Below are positions 1-13,300 of a DNA stretch of 64,000 nt, one piece after another. Location: assembly GCF_036321535.1 (NCBI RefSeq), contig NC_087472.1, positions 93,126,001-93,190,000 of the forward strand, read 5' to 3'. The translations under genes and the position numbers were made by a program. The DNA comes from Camelus dromedarius. Lineage: Eukaryota. The stretch's first letter is position 1. Each line of letters starts with the position of its first letter. Under the pieces are notes generated by a model. That model ran no database searches. It worked only from the letters and a program-made list of their open reading frames with translations, and was not told the DNA's origin.

Positions 1-124
1 GAACGAGAGCAAAGGCTGGAGACAAAAAAGATCCTGGAACTTTCATGGGATTGTAAAAAGGTCACTGGATAAAGGAGGGTGAAAAGGCTTTCTAAGATGT
101 GATGAGTTAGGTTGGTTGGTTTGT

Positions 125-1547
125 TTCTTTAATTGTGATAAAATATACATAACATGAAATTTACCATTTTATAATTTTTCATGTATTTTTATTTTTAATT
201 GTGGCAAAATACAATGTAAAATTTATTATCTTAACCGCTTATAAGTGTATAGTTCAGAAGTGTTAAATACGTACACAGTGTTGTGCAGCCAATCTCCAGA
301 ACTTTTTCATCTTCCCCAACTGAAACTGTAAGCATGAAAAACAACTTCCCATTTTCACCTCCCCTCAGCCCCTGGAAACTGTAATTTTACTTTCTGTCTC
401 TCTGAACTTGACTATTCTATGTACCTGATAAAGTGGAATCATACAAGATTTGTCCTTTTATAATAGACTTATTTCACTTAGCATAATGCCCTCAAAGTTC
501 ATCCAGGTTGTGTGATGTGTCAGAATTTCCTTCCTTTTTAAGGCTAAATAATATTCCATTGTATTTATAGACCACATTTTGCTTATCTATTCTTCAGTCA
601 TGGACACTTGGATGACTTTCACATCTTGGCTATTGTGAATAATACTGCTGTGAATGTGGATGTAGAAATATCTTCTTGAGACCCTGCTTGTAGTTATTTT
701 GTCTATAAAACAAAAGTGGAATTGCTGGATCATATGGTAGTTCTATGTTGAATTGTTCCAAGAATTGCCATACTGTTTTCCAAAATGACTGTACCATGTT
801 ACATTCCTACAGGGCACAAGAGTTCCAATTTCTCCACATCTTTGGCTAGATCATATGGTAATTCTATTGTTCACTTTTTGAGAAAACATCATACCGTTTT
901 CCATAATGTCTACACCATTTTGTATTTCTTCCTGCAGTGCATAAGGCTTGCAACTTTCCTACAGCCTCAACAACACTTGTTTTTTGTTTTCTTGATAGTA
1001 GCCATCTTAGTGGATGTAAGATGGTTTTCATTGAGGTTTTGATTTGCATTTACCTGATGATAAGTAATGTTGAGCCTCTTTTCAGGTGCTTGTTGGCCAT
1101 CTATATGTTTTCTTTGGAGAAACGTCTATTCAAGTCATTTGCCTATTTTTTAGTTTTTTCATGGAAATTCTTTATATATTTTGGATATTAATTCTTTATC
1201 AGATACATGATTTGCAGATACTTTTCTTCCGTTCCTTGGGTTGCCTTTTCACTCTGTGTCCTTTGAAACATAACAGTTTTTAATGTTGATAGAGTCCAAT
1301 TTATCTATATTTTTTTGTTGCCTGTGCTATTGGTGTCATAATCAAGAAATCATTGACAAACTAACTGTCATGAAGCTTGTCTCCTATTTTTTTCTTCTAA
1401 GAGATGTATAGTTTTAGCTCTTATATTTAAGGCTTTGATCCATTTTGACTTAATTTTTGGGTATAGTGTAAGACTCTACTTCATTCTTTTGCATGCGGGT
1501 GTCCAGTTTTTGCAACAACATAGTTTAAAAGACTGTCCTTTCCCCAG
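125..1547 (-). mobile_element. L1MB-type LINE-1 3' end (3' UTR and ORF2 C-terminus), composite of two copies
   Basis: Antisense L1 3' motifs (ttaattgtggcaaaatacaatgtaaaattt, ggatcatatggtagttctat, gatttgcatttacctgatga). ORF 864..1049(-) resembles the ORF2 C-terminal region. Confidence 0.9.
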
Positions 1548-1779
1548 GATGAAGTTTTAAATTTTATTTTACAATAAATGTAAAGGTTCTTGAAATAGTC
1601 CTCTTTCTGTTATTTTCTTTCTTTATTTTTGGTTGATGTACATATTTTGAATTTGTATACAAACAATGTTTTTGGTATTGACAGTGTTTTTTTCCAAAAA
1701 CAGTTCGTACTTTGAGCTGTCCAACACTGTTCTTAGAGGTGCTGGTCCCCTTGCTTTTCATCATTTTTATTCTTAGAGC

Positions 1780-2300
1780 ATTTTCATGGCATTTACCTAC
1801 TCCCTCCTCTGTTTTCTTGTCTCCATTAACCACCAAAACACTCAGATGCTTGAGCAACAATCCTTCCAACACTCAACTTGCAACATGTCATTCCTATAAC
1901 TTTATTCCACTGAATGGGCATTCCTGAAGTTTCTCCTTAATGGTTTTTCTGAGGAGCTTTCCTTATTTAGTCTTCATTCTGCTGCATTTGACCATGACTC
2001 ATTCCACCATAAACAGTTTTCTACACACTCTTCACATACTGACATCCTGATAATACATTTTTCTGGTTCAATGAATTTCAATTCAGAGTGATTTATTTAA
2101 TATCTCTCATTATGTACATGAGCAAGAAATAAAAAAAAATATAATACTCCTCCTTATCAATGATTTTTGTACTCCTCAGATTCTTCCTATGCTGCCTCTG
2201 TCACTAATTCTTCCACTTGCTCCTGGTATTTGTAGTACAGCCCTTAGCTATTTGTTCTCTTCTTTGTTCCCTTTCTCCATATTATGATTATATATATTCC
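1780..2300 (+). mobile_element. Ancient L2 ORF2 (RT region) remnant
   Basis: tctgctgcatttgac matches the L2 RT 'SAAFD' segment, in pyrimidine-rich L2-like sequence. Confidence 0.4.
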
Positions 2301-3564
2301 TTCCCTCCACTAGTGGGCAGGGACTGGAACATGTATGCCTCAGTTTCTGGTACAAAATCTTGCTTTTGCATAGAGTGGAAACTAATATACATGACTTGAA
2401 TTATGGCAGGTCTGTAAAGAACAGGATCAAACTGATGATAGAAAGAAAGGGTTAAAATAAAAGACCCACCACTTGTTGTAGCTAGAACAAGAAGAAAATG
2501 AACCATAAGAGCAGGCTTAAGAAATGAAAATAGACTAGGATGACATTAGGTAAGACATTAAATAATATCCCTACAGATAAGGGACATTTTAGAGAATTAT
2601 TTCTAAAGCCAGGAAAGAAAGTTAGGAAGACCAAGGTTCTGAGAATGAATAAACAGTTAAGATAAAAAGCACCAACAAATTTTGAAAAGGCAAAGTACTC
2701 TTGGCTCATATGGTCTCAGAACTGAGTTCTACAAGATTCTGCAACAATCTAAGTAATTACTTAGCTGCATTATTCATATACCTTTTTTTTTTTTAAGAGG
2801 AAGGTGAAATGGAATATGCTGTAAGTGGATAAAGGGAGTGTTTTAGGATTTAGAAGTTCCTGACATTACTAAGCATGAATTACAAGGTTCTTATAGGAGT
2901 CAGGATGGAAGCTGATGGAATGATGAGTGAGATAGAGGGGATGTTTTTTAAGAAGCACATGTTTACAAATAATCACTGCCAGGTATATAGTAGCCTTTAG
3001 TCAGGAGACTAGATCAAGGATTTAAATATAAAACAAAACTCAATCTTATGTTTTTTCTATATAGACAAATAATAAAAGATGTTTAATATATAAAAGTGAA
3101 CCATTAATAAGGATAAAATGATCTGTTACATATTTTATATTATGAATTTTATAATTTCACCACAGAAAGGTAACTCTAAGTGTCCTCCAGATCTATAATT
3201 GCCTTTTGAGGAAAACAAAGAGTATCTTCTTCTGCATAAAGCACCATGCTTTGTGTCATGTGACTTTACTGTCCTAGGCAAAACTAATTGGATCATGAAT
3301 TAATGCAAAAACCAAAGATAATGAGCTGAGGACTGGACCAGGAGCTAAATAGGTAGCCTGCCATAAGAACTCTACCCAGTGTGGGCATGCTATACTGGAT
3401 GCTAACTGCCGGGCTCGATATCATCCTCTCATTTAGGGAGTTTTGTTTCTGACACACAAATATACACACCCAGGGACATACACACACATAAAAGTGGTAA
3501 TAACAGAAGTAGAGGACATAGAAAAAGAAACAGTGAATAAGACATAGAAATAAGAGAGAGGGAT

Positions 3565-3850
3565 GAAAGCAACCTTAAATGTCCATCAACAGATGAAGGG
3601 ACAAAGATGTGGTATATATACACAGTGAAATATTACTCAGCCATAATACCTTCCATGTCCATCCATGTTGTTGCAAATGACAAAATTTAATTATGTGAAA
3701 TGCATGTTTTCATTACATTATATGAAATAATGCCATTTTCAGCAACATAGATGGACCCAGAGATTATCATAGTAAGTTAGACAAAAACAAATACTGTATA
3801 ATACCACTTATATGTGGACTCTAAAAAATAAAACACATTAGTGAATATTT
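3565..3850 (+). mobile_element. L1 3' fragment containing a short inverted L1 piece
   Basis: aaatgtccatcaacagatgaa...tattactcagccata...gcaacatagatggacccagagattatcat...ccacttatatgtgga are L1 ORF2-end/3' UTR motifs. Confidence 0.85.
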
Positions 3851-4119
3851 AAGAGAGAGACAGAGAGAGGGAAGGCAACAAAGGCAGAATCATTAGAGAA
3901 GAGAATAGGTGCCTAATTCTGGACGAATGATGCGATAACTGATTCCTCAGAGTTGCTTTCCTGTCCGGGGCTGTGAAGGACTATTGTCTTGTTAATTGCT
4001 GAGTCTTGAATAGGAAGCTGTTGAGGAGGAATTTCTATGGCTCTTTATTTCACTGGGTACACAGTATAATACAATTTTATTACCTATGTAAATTTAAGCA
4101 GTTCTTACAGCTAAAAGAT

Positions 4120-4870
4120 TCTAACACAGGATCATGTTGTGCACTTTTTGGAAACTTTTTTCCCATATAACCATGAATTATGAACCTCTTAGTATGTCAG
4201 TTAATACATTTCTAGAATATCTTTTTCGTGGCTGCATAATAGTTCTTCTCATGGGTATACCATAATTTATTCAAATCATCCCCTTTTCTTGGATATTTAG
4301 ATTGTAATTGTGAATACTAAGTAATGCTGCAGTGAATATCTTGTGACTATGGTTATTTGCTCAGAATAAATTCATAAATTCCTAAAATGATAATGACATT
4401 ATCATTTTAAAGATAAATTTCTTCCCTAGAAAGTCTTACTAATTTATATGTTTACCGGAAGTGTATAATATTACCATTCCCTTTTATTCACATGTTCATC
4501 AATACTGGGTAGTAATATTGCATTAAAAAATTTCCATATGGAGGATTAAATAAATGATATTATTGCTTCAAGTGAAGCTTACTCAGTAACTGGTAAATTT
4601 AAGACTATTTTTACATTATTAACCATCTGTATTTAGTTTCTTTTTGAATTATGTATTCATATTCCCTTACAATATTTCTATAAATGTAATTTTCCCCCAT
4701 TTTTATTTGTGAGAACATTTATGTAGTAAACTAGTAGCTGTTTGTTTGTCCTAACATTTAATTTTTTCCCCTAGATTATAATCCACTTTTCATTTAAAAA
4801 TAATGTTAATGGCATACAGGCTTTTTATGAATTTATATTGAAGCATATCACTTTACATTTTGAGATTCTT
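4120..4870 (-). mobile_element. Old L1ME-type 3' region fragment
   Basis: ggctgcataatagttc...taccataatttattc...ggatatttagattgt...taatgctgcagtgaatatcttg. Confidence 0.7.
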
Positions 4871-6349
4871 TCTAGACTATGACTTTGTTAAGTGACACAA
4901 ATCTCCAGGGGAAAATTAAAAATTTTTTTTTCTCATTTGGTAATAAGAAATGCCATTTAAATATAAAAATCAGATAGCTTCAGACAGTTTCACATAATAT
5001 TATACATGTTTCAAAGTTTCATTACTTAATTGATGTAAAATTAAAAGTAGCTAAATACGAGAATTGATCCTTTTTCAAATTTTATAACATGATTCTCTCA
5101 GAATCATAAATATGTCATTAAACTCTCAAGAGGCATACCTTGTGATATGTTCAAAATGGTATGAATGCTGTATTTCCTCATAATATGTGTAATTTTATGC
5201 ATAAAAGTATATATTCAGATGTCAATTACTTAGAGAAAATAAGTGATGGGAAGAAAGAAAATTACTAAACTAAATCACATGGAGTCAGGCTATCAAGGAA
5301 ATCTGCATATGCCCTTGATGTCAGAAAAGCCTTTTACAGTAGATCTGATATAAGTTATTTTACTTCGTTTTCCTTTCACCCATTATTTCCTCTGGGAATA
5401 GCTCAGATGATGCAAGAGCATTACTGCAGACAGGATGGCTCTGCTTACTGTGATGTTGAATTCATCACAAGTTTTTTTGTTTTTTTTTTTTTTTAAAAAA
5501 AACAGCTTCAAAAAATTCTCAAGTAAATATTTGTTGTGGGAGCTTTAGAAGCAGAATTAATCATGATCACAGTTTTGAGAATTAATTCAAATATACTTGT
5601 ATATGTCTTCCTTATAGTTTGGTGTCAATCTGATTAATTTATATTTGTAACTCTGGTAAATAAGAATGCTCTAGACTGTGCATATTGCATTTTCCATGCT
5701 ACAAAATTAGCTGAAAAATATCTGTTGGAGAGGAAAGAAAGCAGAGTGGAAATACGCATACACACTCATATAATGACATAATGATGGCTACACTGTCTTC
5801 CATTTCATTCACTAGTTGTAAGTACTGCCTTTTCACCTTAACAAAATGTATCGAAGAGTATATAGCACTTTTCGGTGCCATCATTTTACTAGCTGATCAT
5901 AAGCTATAGTGTTCTATTTTCTCCTTATTTTGGAACTCTAGTCCTGTGTTTCCAACTAAACTGCAAGGTCTTATATAATCCACGTAAACTAGCACATTTT
6001 CAAAAGTGGATGTATCAGGTGTGATACAGTTCCCTTGCTGGAACAACCCAATTATCCATGTGTAGCTCATGACAGATATTAGACACATTTTACTATTAGT
6101 TCCCTTATTTCATATTCACCTGCACATAGACCTTGAAAGCATCTTAGGAGGGTCTAGTTGGGGAGTCCAGTTACCTTTATTCCCTTTTTAGAAGAAACTT
6201 TTATGTGAGATGATCCTTCCTGTTGACTTAATGTGTAGATGATAACCTGTAAAACTAGGTTATGTGAAGCTAGATTTCCTTTGCATCAATATATGATTAA
6301 ATCCTAACACTAAACTTTGGCTTAGTATTTTCTAGTCACAGTTGTTAGA

Positions 6350-6475
6350 AGATAGAACTGGATTCAAAGAGGTTAGTTTGCCCAAGTACACACCACTAGT
6401 AAGGTGGATTCATAGCTCAAACCGATGTCATTCTGGCGGAATGGCATGCAAGTTGTTTCCACAAAACCATGTTGA
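6350..6475 (-). mobile_element. MIR SINE fragment
   Basis: agaggttagtttgcccaagtacacaccactagtaag matches the antisense MIR core. Confidence 0.65.
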
Positions 6476-6601
6476 TAGGTTGCTGATGCTTGGAAGGATG
6501 AGAAAACCTCTTCACAGGGAGGCGACATTGAACTGGGGCTTGCAGAATGAAGATTTCTGGGCCTGAATGTAAGTGAGGAAAGGGCTTTTCAGGCAAAAGA
6601 C

Positions 6602-6603
<2 letters not shown>

Positions 6604-6634
<31 letters not shown>

Positions 6635-6655
6635 TTATGTGTATGTGTATGTGTA
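6604..6655. repeat. (TG)n microsatellite with degenerate (TATGTG) end
   Basis: Read directly from the sequence. Confidence 0.95.
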
Positions 6656-6709
6656 TAGCGTATTCAAAGGCTCAGATCTACTCAGCAGTTCCATTCTCTT
6701 TGTGAGGCT

Positions 6710-6911
6710 CAGGGTTTCTAAGCTGCTGCACCGTTGATATTGAGACTAAATGATTACTTGTTGCGGGGCCTGTCCTGTTCATTAGAGGATCTGTGGCCTC
6801 TCTCCACTAGATGCCTGTAGCACCACCACCCCTAGTTGTGACAACCAAAAATTTCCTCAGACATTGCGGAATGCTCCCAGGGAGCAAAATTCCCCAGATT
6901 GAGAACCACTC
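6710..6911 (+). mobile_element. MER20 (hAT-Charlie non-autonomous DNA transposon)
   Basis: Termini cagggtttct / gagaaccact; internal ccactagatgcctgtagcacc and agttgtgacaaccaaaaat...cagacattgc. Confidence 0.9.
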
Positions 6912-6919
6912 ATTTAAAG

Positions 6920-7700
6920 TGTAGAATATGGTGAGAGGCAGATGGGTCAGTAGGGCCATCTATATAAGAAGTAGGGAATGGAAGTCAAAATGTCTAAACA
7001 AAGAGTGATGTGATCAGATTTCCACTCTGGAATGCTGAGTAGCAGTTAGCAAACTATAGAACGGTGCAAGGAAGAATTAACGGGGGACCTAAACTAGAAC
7101 AGTGGCGGTAGGAATGGAATGGATGGAAGAAATCTGAGAAAAGTCTTAGCTGATGAGATGTAGGGGTTGACACTGGGAATGAAAAAAGCAAAGTTGCTTT
7201 GGCAAAAGAAATGAGGAATCCCATTTTGAGCATGTAGATTTAGAGGGGCTAGTAGCATATCAAGGAAGAAATACCCAGTGAATAGTTCTAGATCTTAGAA
7301 GAGAACTCTGTAAATAATCACCATTTATTAAGTGGAAGTGGATCCTGTGGGAAAAGATGAGAAGATATATAGAGTGAGAAAATAAAATACTCATGGACAG
7401 AATCAAGTGAAACACTAACATTTAAGAGATCTTAGATAAGAGGTGCCGTAAAGAAGAGTAGAAGGAGTTGCTGGAGAGGTGGGAGAAAAGAGGTGTCACA
7501 GATTCAGAGGGAATAAGGAACAACAGTGCCAACTCTTGATGAATATTGATTTAAGGTAACTGAACATGGTTTTTGGTCTTTGGCAGCATGGAGTTCTTTA
7601 GTAACTTTAATGAGAGCTGTTTAAATAGACTGGAAAAGATAGAATCCACTTTGCAGAAGCCCAGGGAATCTAAGCATGATGAGAGTGAGGCAATACTTCC
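6920..7700 (-). mobile_element. L2 LINE fragments
   Basis: Purine-rich antisense L2 motifs (gagtgatgtgatcagattt, ttttgagcatgtagatttagag, acactaacatttaagag, ttggcagcatggag). Confidence 0.75.
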
Positions 7701-7799
7701 ACAGATCTCACAATAACACATTACTATGGGAGATTCAAGCTGCTCCCATTGTTTTGGCTCTGAGATATAAATGGACTGTTACAAACAGGCATGACATAT

Positions 7800-8170
7800 G
7801 AGGGTCCGGATGTAATTCATCCACCACACTCTGTTAGTAGGCCCATGTAAGAACATTTTGTCCAGGTTTGTCACATCACCTTCAAAAGGACTTGGAGAGA
7901 CATGTTAAAAATGATCAAAGCTTCAAAAAATAACTGCTCTGGAGGAAAGCTAAGTTTTGTGGGATATTTTAGCCTAGAAATGGAAAACTTGTAGTGTGAC
8001 TTAATTATGGTGCTATTGATTAAGAGAATTTGTATGAACAAGATGCATATCGGATATTTCCATGCTCATATAAGAGAAATGGACTTAAATAAAGCAAGAA
8101 AGATGTCCTGGAAATGGCTATCAAAGGAAGTTTTGAGATTGATATTTTTTCAGAAGATAGTATGCATTAT
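7800..8170 (+). mobile_element. L3/CR1 LINE 3' remnant
   Basis: atgatcaaag...gaggaaagct...ttttagcctagaaa...gtgacttaat...agagaaatggacttaaa follow the order of the CR1 3' consensus. Confidence 0.65.
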
Positions 8171-8995
8171 GTAATGTAGGGACTATTCCATTAAAAAGGA
8201 AATTTACCAAGTAAAATGCATTTCCTTGATTTATTAATATTAACTTTCAGAATTCTGATTTACATGCATTAACTTCCAAGAATCAGGTACATTCTGTTGA
8301 TTTATACATCATGCATATAAAAGCTCTTATTAATGAATCCTAAATTTCAAAGTTGTGATTTAGTATGTTAGTTTATAAATCTTATCTTTAAACTTCCAAT
8401 TTAGTGCTGTGATTTATGGGTGCCAAGTTTCATGCTATTTATGAATCATAATGTTAAAGTTCTGATTTAATACGATGGTTACTGTAAGAAGCATTAGTAC
8501 AATAAAATGTGTAATTCTTAAGAGACTAAGATAAAATTGATCAATATTCCTATATGAAGCACACTGTACATCGGCTCAGTTACAGTCATTCTCAGTGGTA
8601 CATTTTGAATAGAATGCTAAGATAAGGCTAAAAGAGAATTCAATACAGTTTTAATAAATTGTGTTGAAGGAACTGTCTTACCTTTTAATTAGACCCTTCA
8701 TGGTAAAAGTGAGTACATTCAGCTGTTACACATCTTACGATTTATTTTATTAAGTGGGCAACAAAAGACATTCTCAGCTTTTCCTTAAAACTGATCAATG
8801 TCTTAGTAATATGGTCAAGTTTTCTTAGGAGACACATCTATATCTTTGGTTAATGTGGCTTACGGCAATCTTGAAAATGATTCTCAGATATCATTCAGCC
8901 TGCAAACAAGTATTTGGTCACAAAATTACCTAAATACCCCTGGACAGACTCATATCCCATTTCTCACCCCAACTCTGCTTCCTCATCCTCCACTC

Positions 8996-9312
8996 CTTCA
9001 CTGTCCAGTATGGTAACCATTATCCAAATGTAGCTCTTGAGCACTTGCAGTACGGCTGGCTAGTCAGAATCAAGATGTGCTATAAGCAGAAAATACACAT
9101 CAGATTTTGAAGTGGAAAAAACATAAAATACCTCGATGATATTTGAGTTGTATGAGTTACATGAAATTAGGATATTTTAGGTATATTAGAGTAAGTAAAA
9201 TATATTAAAATAAACTTCACTTGTTCCCTTTTACTTTTTTAATGTGGTTACAAAGATACTTAAAATAGAGTGTGAGTCTCTGTGGCTCACTCTGTTTCTA
9301 TTTAACAGCATG
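8996..9312 (+). mobile_element. MER33-like hAT-Charlie DNA transposon
   Basis: ctgtccagtatggtaacca...tgagcacttg...gatgtgctataag...aaaatacacatcagattttgaag...tttctatttaacagcatg. Confidence 0.85.
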
Positions 9313-9571
9313 ACTCTAGTCCTTCCACTGTTTTTCAGAATAGAAGCACCTTCAAGCTGCAATCCCTTCCAAAAAATTCACTCGTGATGTTATGAACAGC
9401 ATACTCAAAGGAGAAAGGATGGTCAACCAAGAATATAATTTGTCTCCCTTTACCCTGACCGACTTGATTCTTATTAAGTGAAGTATAATCACTTAAAGAC
9501 ATGTATTTTTGTTTATTGTGCTTGGTTTTTCCTTCCTGAATAGGTTATAATGTCATTTAATCTTTCTAAGT

Positions 9572-9797
9572 TAGCATTTATTGACTGCTTACTATGACTT
9601 GAACACTTACATGAAAAGCATTCTCTGTATAACATTTCATTGAATCCTTATCCCAGCTCTATAAAGTGGATACTATTAATACATCGCTTCTATTAACATG
9701 GACTCTGAGGCACAGATAAGTAATATGATATAGATCACACATTGGCAGAGTTCAGATTCAAACTTAGAATCTATTTTCTATACTCCATACGTTAAAC
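9572..9797 (-). mobile_element. MIR SINE
   Basis: catttattgactgcttactatg...catttcattgaatcctta...ctgaggcacaga...ggcagagttcagattcaaac. Confidence 0.8.
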
Positions 9798-11495
9798 AGC
9801 CGTTCAAGGCAGACATTTGGATTCTGCAGCTGTGAGCCATGCCCCAACTTGTTTGCTAAAAAGGGATATGCAAAGCGGAAATGTCAGGATCTCAGCTCAA
9901 ACCCTTTACTTTGTACTTTACATTCTTGCCTTTCTTTTTGACTAAAGATTCGTTAGGAAAACCAGCCAAGGCAGTCTGAGCAAGGGATAGGTTTGTCAGG
10001 CAGGCTATCTGGTCATGCCGAGCTCCAAAACTGGGGTTCCAAATAAACTGAGTGGAACACAAAGGAAGTCAGCATTCCGAAGATATGATGGAGCTTTTCT
10101 GTTCCTGTTTTCCTAACAAAAATGGCCATTGGTGGCCTTTGTGGACTTCTGCCTTGATTAGAAGAAACCACTCGGGTGATGGTAGCTTATCTAATCCTGC
10201 TTCACATGTTTCTGAAAAGGAGAGCAGGAGGTTGGCAGCTTCACATTTTTAATTTGGTGGCTTTCCATGTATCTTTTTAAACCACAGTCGTTCTGCTTTG
10301 CTTTACTACAAATCCAATAGCAAAGTCTAACTTTGCTTTGAATGTTCCATTCTCAAGAGACAATATGTAGAGTTCAGAAAAATTCACTGAAATATTTAAT
10401 ACTAATATACTTGGATTTGGAAGATGAATGGAGTTTTGGACTTAAATCTAAGCCAGAAAATATCTTTTAAGCTTCACTGAAGAAAAAAGGAGCACCTTGA
10501 CATGGAGTGGCTGTAACAACATTAAAAAAAAAAAAAAAAAAAGAACCCACCCAGTCAAAGTAATAAACAAATTAAAAAAAAAAATCTCTTACTGAAAACT
10601 AAAACACTGCATAATGACATAAAGTAAAATTTAATAACACCCTCTTGTTAAAGTGAAAATAACTAACAAAATAGAATGTGCAGTATTTTTTTCTTTTCCA
10701 TAGATGTAAAAGATAAAGTGATAGTCATCCAGACAAAAAAAGGGAAAGATAAATTGTCAGCAAACTAGGACTCTAAAGATGTTTTAGTATCTTCTGAGTT
10801 AAAGTCCTTGAGGCCATTATCAAATAAAAATTTAGTTGTCGTATGCAATGTAATAGCTATTTTTTTCTTGCTAGCTAGTGCAAAAGCACTATATAACAAT
10901 GAATTTAAGTGTTCTTTTCAGACATTGTCAAGGATCATTCTAGAACCAATAATTTCATCATTAATGAAAGCTTAATTAAAGTAGGGAAAAATAAAAATGG
11001 CAATAAATGGCATTCTAGACTTCAGTGCTCTATGCATGTCCTATCAATGGACACACTTTTGAGAAAGATGCCTGGGACAAGAGCATCACCTTTTGAGGAA
11101 ATAAATTCCAATGTTAATTTTATCATTTGGAAAGGAAGCATGATAAAGTATGGAATATGTATCACTTATTTTTTATTGAAACTTCAAGTTGAAAAATACT
11201 ATGTTTGGGTTATTCCTTAGGATATATTAAACACCATCGATAGATGCTGAAGAAAGTAAAGATTAAATCACGTGGAGAAAATGGATCAGAATATCAGAAT
11301 GGGACGAGGTTTTAGTCATTTACATGTACACTGATCACTCCCACTTTTAACATTTCATAATCTCACCAAAGCTCACACAGCTTCCTAAATCCTCTCGTTG
11401 GTTTCCTTTGTCGAAAATTACCATTTCAAATCCGCCAATTGTCTGTGGTTCCTAGTTTTCACCTGAAAATTCAGCAGGATATTAAATTTCTGGAG

Positions 11496-11942
11496 TGTTG
11501 TGGGCAGAAATATCTAATAGATTACATTGCATAGAAAATCTTCGCTCCTCTCTCTGAGCCCATCATGGGAGGAGTGTGCTTCAGTGCCTCATTGATGGGT
11601 TCACCATGTCATTTACTTTGACCAGTGGACCAATGGAATGTGGAGGGGAGCAACAATATGCCAGGTTTAAGTGGTGGCACTCCCGAAGGGAAGTTTTAAG
11701 AGGCATTGCGAGTTTCTGTCAGCCCTGTTATACTCTTACCCCTGCCTGAGAATACTTCATGATAGGTATGAGGTGTTTCTTTACTCTGGGTCCCAAGATA
11801 AGAAGTCACTTAAACCTGATAACTACCTGAAAATGAGTTATTGCAGCTCACCTACAGCTCCATGATCAGGAAATAAATGTTTCTTGTGAACCAGTGAGAT
11901 TTTTGAGTTGAATATTATACAGAATTATCATAGCAAAAGCTT
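11496..11942 (+). mobile_element. MaLR solo LTR (MLT1I/J-like)
   Basis: ccatgtcatttactttgacca...aagttttaagaggcattgc...gaaataaatg...catagcaaaagct. Confidence 0.75.
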
Positions 11943-13029
11943 TTAGAGAATATAAGGAGAGCAAGGGGCATCAGTCTAAGGACGATCTTGGAATTCCCAC
12001 AAACCAACAATGACATAAGATGGTTAAAATTAGAACCTGGATTTGTCACATAAGTGGTATTTTCTTCACAAGCTGAGAAAAGTGAAAATACTTACATATG
12101 GTAAAAGATAGGACAATGGCCTTGCTATTTGTGTGGCCATGTCCAAGTATTTAATAAAATATCTAGGTATCTTGGTATGTCTGTCTATCTACCTACAAAT
12201 CATTTATCTGGTTTCAAAGTCCGTAAAACTAAATCACAAAGGAAGCAAACTCTTTTAGAGAACTCTTTGGTCACTGTGCCAATATAATGGTGTATATAAG
12301 TAGACAGAATCTCTGAGTATCTTTCTCCCACGTGAGAACAAGTCGGTCCTGGACTTGAATCTGCTTTTGACTCAACCCCCATGATCCTCAGAACGCCTTG
12401 TGTGTTGAGTCATGTTAAAATACATTTGGACAAGTAACTCCCATGATATTACATGCCCTTGAATTTTAACTGAGGGTATTTGTCAAGTTCTAAGGAAGCT
12501 GTTATAATTTAGATTCAATTTCACAGGCCTAGAAGTTGCATACTAGGGAGTTCTCTTGGCTCAGTAACAATCTTGATTAAAAACCTGGGTTAGGGACAAT
12601 TCTGTGCTTGTTTCCTTGTATGCAATTACTTATTTGAGACTGTATTAACCAGCATGGTCAGAATTAACTTATAAGTTATGGTTAAGGGTTTTGAAAATAG
12701 GAAGTAATACAAAAAAGTATTCTGATGTCCTAAGATTACTAAATAAATTTTTCAAAATCCAATGATAACATATTTGAAATACATTTTGACTACTTCTCCA
12801 GCAATCATTGATTTCTATTATATGTAGATGTTGAATCCCCAAAGAGAACCAAAGCACAATGTTTGATATTCTTGGAAACGCTTACAGTTTAATGAGATGT
12901 TCTAGAGTTTATACATTTCTATGAACCAAGTCTCACCATTTGGTATCTTTGTCATTTTATAATTTGAAATTATACACAGTCCACTGTTTTGCTGCAAAAT
13001 GTTGTTAATATCAATGACATAAAGTAAAT

Positions 13030-13300
13030 CGAATTCTGAATCTTTTGGTTGAAAGTAACAGAAAGTAACTCTGGCTAGTATCACCAGTAAAAGTTAATTA
13101 GCAGGATGAAGAAAGAGCTTAGAGCAAAACCATGGAGTACAGTGGACCCCTGCAGAAAGAGTTCAGGCACCTAATCAATCAGCATAACTCACCTAACTAA
13201 TTCCTGCCTTCTTTCTGTCTTGTAATCACCGGGGCAAAAATGTCTGGTTGGCCTAGTTTTGGTCCTGGTTCTATCCCCAAGATCATTCAGGTATTATTAA
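13030..13300 (-). mobile_element. Old MaLR LTR fragment (MLT1K/L-like)
   Basis: tcttttggttgaaagtaacagaaagtaactctggctag matches the antisense MLT1 3' end. Confidence 0.55.
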
